From NCBI GenBank assembly GCA_964016885.1, contig OZ024741.1, positions 64,232,001-64,296,000 of the forward strand: 64,000 nucleotides of DNA, written 5' to 3'. Numbering within the stretch: the stretch's first letter is position 1; each line of letters starts with the position of its first letter. Shown here in pieces: positions 1 to 10,363 of this stretch. The stretch comes from Eledone cirrhosa (Eukaryota). The position numbers and the translations under genes were made by a program. Under the pieces are notes generated by a model, which saw only the letters and a program-made list of their open reading frames with translations, ran no database searches and had not been told where the DNA came from.

Positions 1-733
1 CATTTCTAGTTTTACAGTTAATATGGGGGCTTATTTTACAGGTTATACATTTCTTATCTATACATGAGGGTCTTTGAAAAGGGTATGTCTTGCTAATAAG
101 TGTTTTTACGGAGGTACCTGGTCTTTCTACTATCTTAATATTGAGTTTTGAGGGGTTGTATTGATGAACATTACACTCTGGTATTTATTGCTATCATACC
201 ATGAGTTCATTCTATTAGCCTTGTTCCTAGTTCTTTCTATTCTATTCCAAAATTTGCTCCTATACAAGGGACAGGTCCCATTTATGTCATTATTTACCAT
301 TTTTTCCCATTTGGTTCTGGCTCCTCTATACACTCTGATTTTATCTCTCTGATTGTAGCCAGAGAACTGCATACGGTGGATGAAGTGTTGTATGTGTCTC
401 TCTAGTTCTTCAGGGTTGCACATGCGGGACACATTTCTCATCACCCGTACCAAATCCGCAATCAGTATGTTGATTTTGGTATGGTCCGAAATGGCCGAGT
501 TTCGGTGGATCAGATGTTTGGAAGTCATGGGTTTGGCATAATGGGAATGGAGGATTTGTTTTTTGTTGTTAATGGTATCTAACCAGAGCTCTGTGTCTAG
601 TACAGGTAATCGATGGTTGGGGTGTTTACTTGGGTAGTCTATAGTAACTCTAATGCTCTGGTTGATGGAGTTTGCTATTTGCTGGATGCTTTCCATTGTG
701 TTTTTCTCTAGTTCCTGACTGTTCTCTAGTGGG
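1..733 (-). mobile_element. Inverted partial copy of the adjacent Penelope-like element (runs off the window start)
   Basis: Reverse complement of 1..733 matches about 1814..2589 nearly base for base, with one ~43-bp deletion near 145. ORF 130..747(-) repeats the peptide LENSQELEKNT...FINTTP of the 672..2909 ORF. Confidence 0.92.
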
Positions 734-734
734 A

Positions 735-2909
735 GAAAAATCTGCAAATGGCTTGCGTAAGCTCATGCAGCGCTCACGTAATGGAGAGATAGCATGCTTT
801 CCAACAGACAAGTCTGGCAGAATGTCGGTTGACAGCCTGCCAAACTACATCCAGGCAATGCAACCCCACATCACTAACACAAGAGAGGTAACACCACAGG
901 AGCATGAGGATAGAGAAAAAGCCCTCAATGCCCATATGGTGATGTGGACGAATATAATGCAGCCCAACAAAAGTACTGCCAACAACTTCCAGGCCTGGAA
1001 CAATGACGTGCCGGCGTTGTCTGGGCTTCGAAAAGTCCATAAAACGGGCTGTGACCCTGTCGCGGGACCACCAACACGGCCAGTCTGTGGAGCTAACATT
1101 GCTAGTAACTACAGACTGTCCTACTTCCTCTCCCTGATCATACGCCCCATCATTGAAATGTCCCCAGATTTATGTGACAGCACCGAGGACCTCCTCAGCA
1201 GAATCGGCGTGAGTAACCGATCTGGGGACCTAACAAACTGCATAATAGGCAGTATGGATGTTGTGTCCCTGTATCCATCTATTGACGTGGATTTTGCTGT
1301 GGAGAAATGCGTAAAAATGATCAGTGAGAGCAAGGTTGAGTTCCGTGGGATTGATACCAGTGAGCTGGGACTCCTACTTAAGCTTACCTATAGTAATAGT
1401 TACCTAGACACATATGACCTTAGCAACTTGTGCCCTACAAGACCAGCAAGAGGCAGACCACCTACCATTACCTCAATGGCCAAGAAAACCCACACAGATA
1501 GATGGAACGGGTGGATCAGAGCCATACGGACACCCGAAAACCACGATGAACTGAAGAAAATGATTGCACATGCGGTAGGGGCCAGCATAAAACTAACCCT
1601 TAAGGAACATATGTTCAAATTTAATGGAAAAACATATACCCAAGAGGAAGGAGCAGCCATTGGTGTTAGCAATGCAGGCGACATAGCTAACTTATTCATG
1701 GTATGGTGGGACAGTAGACTTAAACTTAAACTTAAAGAACAATTAGAAGACCCCTTAACCCTGATAATGTACTCCCGCTACGTAGATGATATAAACATCG
1801 TAGTTAAGACACCCCCACTAGAGAACAGTCAGGAACTAGAGAAAAACACAATGGAAAGCATCCAGCAAATAGCAAAATCCATCCACCAGAGCATTAGAGT
1901 TACTATAGACTACCCAAGTAAACACCCCAACCATCGATTACCTGTACTAGACACAGAGCTCTGGTTAGATACCATTAACAACAAAAAACAAATCCTCCAT
2001 TCCCATTATGCCAAACCCATGACTTCCAAACATCTGATCCACCGAAACTCGGCCATTTCGGACCATACCAAAATCAACATACTGATTACGAATTTGGTAC
2101 GGGTGATGAGAAATGTGTCCCGCATGTGCAACCCCAAAGAACTAGAGAGACACATACAACACTTCATCCACCGTATGCAGTTCTCTGGCTACAATCAGAG
2201 AGATAAAATCAGAGTGTATAGAGGAGCCAGAACCAAATGGGAAAAAATGGTAAATAATGACATAAATGGGACCTGCCCCTTGTATAGGAGCAAATTTTGG
2301 AATAGAATAGAAAGAACTAGGAACAAGGCTAATAGAATAAACTCATGGTATGATAGCAATAAATACCAGCGTGTAATGTTCATCAATACAACCCCTAGAG
2401 GTGAATTAGCTTACAAATTTAGAAGGGCCCTAAATAAACATAAACTCAATATTAAGATAGTAGAAAGACCAGGTACCTCCGTAAAAACACTTATTAGCAA
2501 GACATTCCCTTTTCAAAGACCCTCATGTATAGATAAGAAATGTATAACCTGTAAAATAAGCCCCCATATTAACTGTAAAACTAGAAATGTAGTGTATAGC
2601 ATAAGATGTACTGAAGGACGATGTAGAGACAAAAATATAGTGTACATAGGTGAGACAGCTCGTAGTGTAGGGGAACGGATAAATGAACACTGGCGAGACC
2701 TTCAAGTTAATAAAGAATCATCTGTACTCTACCAACATGCTAAGATAGAACACAAGGGTAAATTAGAGAACATAGAAATAAAAATAGAATCTACACACAG
2801 AAAAGACGCAATGTTTAGACAAATTACAGAGGCAATAAACATAAAAGAATTACAACCAAAATTAAATAGAAAATATGAGTGGAACAGCAACATCACAACT
2901 TACAATTAA
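735..2909 (+). CDS. PLE reverse transcriptase / GIY-YIG endonuclease (5'-truncated, open frame)
   Basis: RT motifs DVVSLYPSI, QEEGAAIG and YSRYVDDI; Cys linker CIDKKCITC...C; endonuclease VVYSIRC...VYIGET.RS..ERINEH and EA.NIKELQPKLN. The listed start at 672 lies inside the inverted arm and is artefactual. Confidence 0.9.
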   Translation, partial: EKSANGLRKLMQRSRNGEIACFPTDKSGRMSVDSLPNYIQAMQPHITNTREVTPQEHEDREKALNAHMVMWTNIMQPNKSTANNFQAWNNDVPALSGLRKVHKTGCDPVAGPPTRPVCGANIASNYRLSYFLSLIIRPIIEMSPDLCDSTEDLLSRIGVSNRSGDLTNCIIGSMDVVSLYPSIDVDFAVEKCVKMISESKVEFRGIDTSELGLLLKLTYSNSYLDTYDLSNLCPTRPARGRPPTITSMAKKTHTDRWNGWIRAIRTPENHDELKKMIAHAVGASIKLTLKEHMFKFNGKTYTQEEGAAIGVSNAGDIANLFMVWWDSRLKLKLKEQLEDPLTLIMYSRYVDDINIVVKTPPLENSQELEKNTMESIQQIAKSIHQSIRVTIDYPSKHPNHRLPVLDTELWLDTINNKKQILHSHYAKPMTSKHLIHRNSAISDHTKINILITNLVRVMRNVSRMCNPKELERHIQHFIHRMQFSGYNQRDKIRVYRGARTKWEKMVNNDINGTCPLYRSKFWNRIERTRNKANRINSWYDSNKYQRVMFINTTPRGELAYKFRRALNKHKLNIKIVERPGTSVKTLISKTFPFQRPSCIDKKCITCKISPHINCKTRNVVYSIRCTEGRCRDKNIVYIGETARSVGERINEHWRDLQVNKESSVLYQHAKIEHKGKLENIEIKIESTHRKDAMFRQITEAINIKELQPKLNRKYEWNSNITTYN

Positions 2910-3109
2910 GGACAAAATGAAAACACACACACACATAGAACAAACAACCAACCAGTAACATGTAAATAAACAAATAAATAAATGAACATAAACACACACA
3001 GACAGCCGGATGTGGCGCATGCGCAGACTGAGCACACAACACACACACAGAAACAAAATGGCGTAGGACAGAACAAAGGAGAGGCACAGAAACAAAGATA
3101 GGAATCCCC

Positions 3110-3154
3110 AGTCACTGAAGATGTCACAGAGTGTGTGACGAAAGAACTATGACT
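3110..3154 (+). ncRNA. Minimal type I hammerhead ribozyme in PLE pLTR
   Basis: AGTCA-CTGAAGA-t-GTCACA-gagtg-TGTGAC-GAAA-gaac-TA-TGACT: stem I AGTCA/TGACT, CUGANGA core, 6-bp stem II, GAAA, minimal stem III, UA cleavage site. Confidence 0.8.
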
Positions 3155-3563
3155 ATATATAAACAACTATCTGGTTGGTCAACCAACCAACCAACCAGAA
3201 ATTTATAAATTTATAAATTTATAAATTTATAATTATAAAATATATAATAAATTGAAGTGAAAGCAACTGGTGCGTGTGTTTCTTATTGGCAACATGACCC
3301 TCCCAAAGTATAACAATATCGGTTTCAACACACGATTTCAGATAAAGAATCTTGCTAAACAAATTCAGAAACGAAATATATATATATAATTATATATATA
3401 TATATATATAAATATATTAAATTGTTAAACAATATTCAATGATTATGTCTAAGAATGAGTTTTACAGTAGATTGGAAGCACTCAACGTAAAAAAATAATT
3501 TTCTGGAGTTATTAATATTAAAATATAAGTATTAATAAAATAGATGTTCTTTTGATCAATTAC

Positions 3564-3616
3564 ATTTTATTATACATATTTCGGATGTACAAAAGTACGT
3601 CCTCATCAGACAAAAT
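3564..3616 (-). ncRNA. Hammerhead ribozyme (left arm of fold-back)
   Basis: Reverse complement reads ATTTTGT-CTGATGA-GGACGTAC-tttt-GTACATCC-GAAA-TATGTA-TA-ATAAAAT. Confidence 0.8.
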
Positions 3617-3686
3617 ATAATGATACATGACTACCTTGATTAAATCTTAACCATTTAACATCCCAAGGTATGTTATGTATCATTAT

Positions 3687-3739
3687 ATTTTGTCTGATGA
3701 GGACGTACTGTTGTACATCCGAAATATGTATAATAAAAT
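3687..3739 (+). ncRNA. Hammerhead ribozyme (right arm of fold-back)
   Basis: ATTTTGT-CTGATGA-GGACGTAC-tgtt-GTACATCC-GAAA-TATGTA-TA-ATAAAAT: canonical core, stem II with one mismatch, stem I with a G-U pair. Confidence 0.82.
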
Positions 3740-4492
3740 GTAATTGATCAAAAGAACATCTATTTTATTAATACTTATATTTTAATATATATATATATAA
3801 ATGATTGGTTTCTGTATCGAACGATTGGCATTTTTTTTTCTCGTCGTTGTCCTCCTTTTCGTTTTTCTTACCCTAAGGTCGAACTCTTACTTCCTTCTCT
3901 ACTAGGTCATTACCTATTTTTCTGGAAAATGTCCCTCCTCTGTAGACTCCACTATACTTCTAATGCCGCATGACATTCATAGTGGTGCAATTAATTAGAG
4001 GCTAGCAGTACTCCCGCAAGTCGGATTCTATGACAAATCCGTCGCGGAGCTGAGATCAATGCTGCTTATTATTGTTGCTACTGTCGACCACCTTACTCCA
4101 TCTCCCCTCACTGTCAACTTGGTGATGTGATGGCTGGAAGAAAGGGTTTCGATGCCCTTTTATCAGTTCCTTGCACTAATGGTGCAATGATTTCCTCATT
4201 GAAATCCTGAAATCCCGAACTTCAGTAGTATCTCCTGCAACTTGCTGTCTCTGCTACAGTTCTGCACGTTTTTGATTTTTCCATACCTGTGGACAAAAAG
4301 CATATGAGCAACTCAGCTCCTTGCCATGCAGACCACTGTCATGTTCTTTCTTACCGCATCCCCAACCGGAAATGACGCTGTGGTCGTCGAGACGTCATAA
4401 ATACGTGCATGTCCTTTGAGACCTCACTCGACCACATAACATTCTTCTTGACCTAAGCACTCACCAACTGCCCATGCTGAGCCGCTAAGGTA

Positions 4493-4683
4493 ATAATTTT
4501 TTCTACTTTTGGCACAAGGCCAGCAATTATTCCAGTGTATTACTGGTACTTTATTTTATCGACCCCGTAAGGATGAAAGGCAAAGTTAACCTCGGCGGGA
4601 TTTGAACTCAGATTATAAAGAGCCGTAACTCTATGCTAAAAAGCATGTTGTCCGACTCTCTACCAATACTGCCAATCCACCGC
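4493..4683 (-). mobile_element. tRNA-derived SINE (family S1, octopus OK/OR-like) with target-site duplication
   Basis: On the minus strand: A box TGGCAGTATTGG, B box GAGTTCAAATCC, core GCCTTTCATCCTTACGGGGTCGATAAAAT, tail GCTGGCCTTGTGCCAAAAGTAGAAA. TAAGGTAATAAT is duplicated at 4486 and 4684. Confidence 0.85.
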
Positions 4684-5599
4684 TAAGGTAATAATAAACC
4701 AACGTTCAACATCGTTACCAATATCTTTGACTTTGATCCTCGTTTTTCGTCGCCTCAAATACAATTGCAAAAGTGTATGAGCAGGTTTGTATGGCACCTA
4801 CTCGGCCTTTTTTTGCTTGCTTCGTTCTCATTCATTTTCCATCAGCCAATTGAAGTAATATTTTTTCATACGTCAGTCGCCGGTACTTATATTGTAACTT
4901 AGTTGATACAAGAGACAGACAGAGTTAATATTTCTTTTTTTCACTCCCTATAACATGATTATGAAGAAAATGTCTTTCTGGTTGTACAACTTTACCACAG
5001 TGACTACTGCAAGATGTCAACCATATTCAATGTTTCTATGTTGCTTATAACACATCAAAGGGAGGAATTTCTTCGCCTGACACCACTTTCGATCGAGAAA
5101 GCTTCGGTGTGAATGCTGCTGTTATCGCTAATAAAGTTATTTTTTCATCCATTCAGCCTTGTGACAAAGCAAATTACGTTTTCATTTGTTTTGTTGTAAA
5201 TGTCTTCTTTTGCAGTGTACTTCTGTTGTGTATTGGCAATGTATCTTGTTGTTGTTGTTGTTGTGAAGCCATTTTTTATAAAATCTCCGTATAGAAACGC
5301 AAAATTGCCGGAAATAGTCACCTTCGTTTACTTTTAAAATATCAATTTTTGAGTGTTAATCCAGATGGAGAGATGATTTTCATTCACTTAGAAACGATAA
5401 CATTATCAAGAGCTGTCAAGAGCACAAGTAAAAGCGTATTGACATGTCCGCAACATATAATAACAATAATAATGAAGAGCATTAAAAAGCATTTGATGAA
5501 AAGACTCTGTATTCAGCATTCCTTAAGGAAACAAGAAACGTGTGAGATAGCAAAAATACTTGGTTATGGTTAAGAAAATGAGGCTGAATTAAGTGTAAA

Positions 5600-5752
5600 A
5601 TTTGCAGGAGCTCGTGCAGTAATATGCCTTCAGCATTCAGTAATCAGAAGAAGGAAGGTAAGCGTAAAAGCTAAACTCGCTATCTTCAATTCGGTTTTCG
5701 TGTTAACCCTTACTTATGATCATGAATCTTGGGTAATGATAGAAAGAATATA
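5600..5752 (+). mobile_element. RTE-clade LINE fragment
   Basis: Translates KAKLAIFNSVFVLTLTYDHESWVMIERI, the RTE post-RT motif (TLTYGHESW). Homologous to 21536-21600. Confidence 0.55.
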
Positions 5753-5797
5753 ATGTAATCGGTTAGTGTAATTATGTTGTACTTAAAGTGGTGCATT

Positions 5798-6075
5798 GTG
5801 AAAGCACGTGGCTTAGTAGGAAGGGTGTTAGATTTACGATCATAATGTTGTGGGTTAGGCCCCTGGACTGAGTTGTGCGTTGTGTACTTGAACAAAACAC
5901 TTCATTTCTCATCTCTCTAGTATACCCAGCTGGAAATGAGTACAAGCATTAGCTGGAAGTTTATCTCTGCGATAGACAGCCGTCTTGACCAGGGGATGAA
6001 GTATTGTACTTTCAGTCGCTTCAAACCAGGGAAACCGAGATACGCACCGGCCTGATGAACCTCCGGGCTCGAGAC
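5798..6075 (+). mobile_element. tRNA-derived SINE (second family)
   Basis: A-box-like TGGCTTAGTAGG, degenerate B box, body TTGTGTACTTGAACAAAACACTT and CTGCGATAGACAGCCGTC. Related minus-strand pieces occur at ~17620-17700, ~35440-35655 and ~60620-60750. Confidence 0.6.
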
Positions 6076-6224
6076 AAACGTTTTAAGTGGTGCATTAGTT
6101 TTTGCTTGTTTATATTTATGGCGGTTTGTTTCCTTTGATTGAGTTTGTGTTTGCTGTTTTTGTTGTTGTTGTCGCAGTTGAGGGTTTGGTTGTGTTTTTT
6201 TCTTTTTTGATATTGATAGTTTGC

Positions 6225-7230
6225 TATGGAGCAGAAGGGTTGTCAAAAGCGGACAAGGAGTACAAAGGAGCAAATGCTTGTTGACAAGATGATCCTAAGA
6301 AATTGCAGACGGGGGCAAACAGGTGTGGCAATGGAATGGGTGGACTAGCAAAACCCTTATCACATGGTACACCATTAATGGGCATTAGAAAGCATGTCAC
6401 AGAACTAATGGAAAATAAGGAAAAGGGGGAAAGTAAAGTTTCATGTTGGTAATCAAAAGTTGGGACAGGTGGCAATTAAAAGAAGTAGTTTTCAGGGAGA
6501 CAGTCTTTTTTCGTTATTGTTTATGATTGCATTGACACTAATGACAATGGTTTTGAGAAAGAGTAAAGCAGGGTGTGGTTTAGAAAAGAGGAAGGTAACC
6601 ATAATTCACATGCTGTTTTGGGATGATTTTAAACTCTAGAAAGAATGAAAAACAGTAAAACTCTTTTATCAATACAGTTCATGTATTTTGTCAGGATATT
6701 GGAATGGAATGTGGTATTCAAACATGTGGTGTCTTGATTATCAAACGGGGAATGTTTTTGGAAAGCAGGGAAATAATAGTCAATATATGATGTAAATAGA
6801 TAGGGATAATGGATATAAATATCTTAGAGTTTTTGAAGCAGATAAGAGAAATGAAATATATAGATAGGAGAGAATACTTCAGGCATAGAAATAAGGAAAT
6901 TACACCCCAACCATCCATACAAATACATGGAAATAGATTGAAACAGATAAAGTACACAACCGAAATGAAAAAGACAATAGGAAAGAATACTACAAAAGAG
7001 TTAGACTAATATTTAAACCTGAAGTTAATGCTAGAAACAAGATAGGTATAGATAGGCCAACCATCTCAGTTACAAATTACGACTTCAATATAATAATCTA
7101 GAAGTTAAGTGAATTAAAATGTTTAGACAGAAAGAAAATAACAGAAAACTAATGATAGCGTTCCGAAACTACCACCCCAAAGCAGCTATAGATATAATAT
7201 ACCTACTCCGACCATATGAGGCGCGTGTTA
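6225..7230 (+). pseudogene. Degraded R4/Dong-like RT fragment
   Basis: Frameshifted remnants of QKGC..R..TKEQMLVDK, IKRSSFQGDSL and HMLFWDDFKL, collinear with the 24857..26254 ORF. Confidence 0.65.
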
Positions 7231-7892
7231 TGGTACGAATAGAAAATTAATAGAAAATAGAAAATAGTTTTCCAAGAAAAAATACTGAGAAACAAGAAGA
7301 GGAAGACTGATAAATGGACTAAAGAAACACGAACAATGAAAACGTTTACCCCTATATACAAGGAAACGATAAAATATATGCTAGAAACTAAAAACCCTGA
7401 CACAACAGATTTATATAGGTACATTACAACAGAACAGGTTAAAGAAACTGAAAGCAGTATTAAAAGCTAATTGTTCTGACAATCCACCACCTTTGACTCT
7501 TTAATTATTGCAATCACAGTTGTTCTTGTTGGAATATCATTGTTTTCTCAGCATTAATTGAGAAGCTTGCGATGGTGTTTAAAGAAATTGGAGTTCAATT
7601 CGGATTCCTCCTTTCACATAAAATGTTCAACCTATGAATTGTGAATGATTCACTATTTCTCCACATCGATGGATCACAGTGCCGGTAATAAGGATATGTG
7701 TTTATAATGTGTAAGGAGAGAATCGCTGCCAGATTTAACCGGCAATGTCACCGGAGATACACGAAGGTAGATCACGAACAAGATGGTTGAATAATATCTA
7801 TTAGCTCGGTTGGCCATGCTTGGAGTTCCCTTTGGATCATTTGGCAGCTATTGCTTCTGATAGGAGTGTCTCAACACCCACGACCCTGCCAG

Positions 7893-8029
7893 AAAGAAGA
7901 AGAAGAAGAAGAAGAAGAAGAAGAAGAAGAAGAAGAAGAAGAAGAAGAAGAAGAAGAAGAAGAAGAAGAAGAAGAAGAAGAAGAAGAAGAAGAAGAAGAA
8001 GAAGAAGAAGAAGAAGAAGAAGAAGAAGA

Positions 8030-8092
<63 letters not shown>
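7893..8092. repeat. Compound microsatellite (GAA)n followed by (TTA)n
   Basis: Pure GAA run 7895-8030 directly abutting a TTA run 8031-8090, which is the left flank of the LINE. Confidence 0.97.
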
Positions 8093-8301
8093 ATTGGCGA
8101 CCTACGTAGTAAATCGTATCATCGTGAGCTCCGCAAAGGTTTGTTATTTCCGTTTGTTAAAAATTGCCATTTATGGAAAATTTTATTGTTAACTGTTTAT
8201 AAGCACACATACATTGTTTTCCGAAAAGGACACCCAAAAAGATTGGGGCCTTGTGCCCAAAATTTTAACTTTTATTATTATCCAAAAATTTCTTTGAAAA
8301 A

Positions 8302-10329
8302 ATGGCTAATTCCCCTCTGCACGAAGCAGCTGAAAGCCTTCCTCACAAAATAACAACTCACACCGACACCACCATTGTAAATGTTACTACGTTTGCCAAC
8401 ACACAAAAAAATATAAGCAGTAGCAATATTTTAAATTTGTCTCAGGCAGACATTGATTTCCCGCCATTACCAATGACTGCAGGTGTTAAAGCCTCCACCA
8501 CCACCACCACCGCGACAACCACCACCCCCACCACCACCGCGACAACAGAAACAAAAGAAGAAAAAAATAAATTAACTCGTGATGTCGAAATGAAATCAAG
8601 CAAAATGGACTCTTCCGCACCAAAGACGAATGACGTCACCACCACCACAACTGAAACAAAAATTAAGATTAACACAAATAACGATAGCAACAACAACAAC
8701 AATGACATTATAAAACCGACCCTCAGTTTCGCCATCGTAGCAAAACAATTCGAAGCGTTCACGGTAACTCAAGAAGATTTAGAAAATGCCAAACAAATGG
8801 TAAAGAAAGATGGGTACAGGGTCAGCCTCACCCCCCCACCCACCCACCCCCACCCCACCTAATAAAATGGAGCATCGGCGCCTGTGCACCGTGTCGTATA
8901 GAACAATAAATGTAAAATCGCGCCGAGTGGAACGGGCATCCGAGTCCCAAATCCAAAAAGCTTTGGGACATGTGTGGGCAAGAAAAACCCACATCAGACG
9001 TGGGCAAAAGTATGGAACCGTAGATGTGTTCTTTGAAACACCAGAGGAGGCTAAAGAACACTCCATGGCCCCATTAAAAAGTGACGACCTCACACTCGTC
9101 CCAAGCTATTGTGGCCAGAGACTCGTAAAGATCAGGGTGACCCACGTTCCACCGGCCATCGAAATTCCCTGGCTAATAGTGGCTGTCCTCGCCGGCATCG
9201 AAGCCAACACAAAAATAATAGCAGTAGCAAAAGAAAAGCAGGAAAACTGGTCCGGATCTGGGATGGAGCTCCTGATCCAAGCGGACCAAAAAAGCATTGA
9301 GGAGATCCCAGAGGTAATAGACCTCACTGACGGCAGCCACCTCACGGTAATTGTCGAGGGCAGAAGACCTAGGTGTGTCGTTTGTGGTGAAGGAACCCAC
9401 CTAAGGGCTTTCTGCCCTCAGGCTAAAAGGTTGAGGCCACCTCTCCTACCCACCCCAGTGACACAACCATCAACACCACCAGTAGCAGAGATGGCAGCAA
9501 CAACTGTAGCAGCAACAACTGTAGCAGCAACAACAGAAGCAACTATAACAGCAACAAACCCAGCAACAGTAGCAAAACCAACACCACTACTACCACCAGC
9601 AAAACCAACACCACCACCACCCAACGCTTCAGAACTAGCACCAGCGCCTACACCATCCACCACACCACAACCAAAACTAAGGGCTGTGGAGGATTTTCCA
9701 CTCCCTGGCCTATCACAACTGGAGACAGATTGTGACGACGAGGAGTGGGAAACGATATCCGGAAAAAAAAAAGAAACCAAAAAAGAAAAAATTCTCTTCC
9801 TTCCCCCTCCAAAAACAAAATACAGAGGGAAACAAATAAACTAAGAAACAAAAAAGTTAGGACAGATATGCCACCATCCACACCAGCATCACCAACCCCA
9901 TCAACCCAAACACCAACACCATCACCATCATTAACTCCAACACCACCATCACCTACACCACAAAAGTCACCAAAATGCAAAACAGAAACAAACCCACAAC
10001 AAACGCAAACAAAACAAAACAACCAAAACGATACACACTACACAGCATTAAATTTGAACAACAAGCAATTATTACACTACATCCAACACAACACCAGCAT
10101 CACAGAAAAAGACTACACAACAACCCCAAAATTCACACCACCTCCACACATACAAATCACTCGCATCACACAGAAAACGTACATGACACTAAAACAAAAA
10201 TTCCCCAAAGACATCGGAGACTTCCGACAAGCACTCTCCAGGATGATTTATAAGGACATCCTTCCTGAGGAGGCCACAAGCAGTGAAAAGGATGGAAAAA
10301 CCGTCCTTCCCCTACGAGAAGTAAGGTAA
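8302..10329 (+). pseudogene. Tx1 family A ORF1 (gag-like CCHC knuckle), frameshifted
   Basis: Split into 8302..8862, 8810..9844 and 9745..10329 by a C-rich expansion at ~8830-8860 and an A-run slip at ~9765-9780. CX2CX4HX4C motif CVVCGEGTHLRAFC. Confidence 0.9.
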
Positions 10330-10363
10330 GTGGTCTTTCCCATCTTTTCCACTCCTTTTCAAC

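Larger units (their letters stand above)
734..3375 (+). mobile_element. Penelope-like retroelement (C-terminal endonuclease, Neptune-like Cys-rich linker), 5'-truncated, ending in (TA)n
   Basis: RT + GIY-YIG ORF, then a ~460-bp 3' pseudo-LTR region with a hammerhead, then (TA)n at 3376-3411. The 5' end is fused to an inverted copy, an arrangement typical of PLEs. Confidence 0.92.
3412..3788. mobile_element. Non-coding fold-back (inverted pLTR) element of a second PLE family between (TA)n runs
   Basis: Arms 3515-3638 and 3664-3788 are near-perfect inverted repeats, each containing a hammerhead. The left arm extends about 100 bp further to the (TA)n. Confidence 0.8.

Noticed and set aside
672-734. 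N-terminus of the 745-aa ORF (MLFAGCFPL...)
   Set aside because: It is the antisense reading of the inverted arm, not part of the PLE protein.
4000-4440. Possible decayed RLE-type LINE fragment on the minus strand (HARIYDV...)
   Set aside because: Too degraded to assign by eye.
8096-8200. Possible HDV-like ribozyme at the Tx1 5' end
   Set aside because: Could not build the nested double pseudoknot from the sequence.
7820-8353. Poly-R/E/I/L ORFs and all similar YI/CV/HT-repeat ORFs elsewhere
   Set aside because: Translations of microsatellites.
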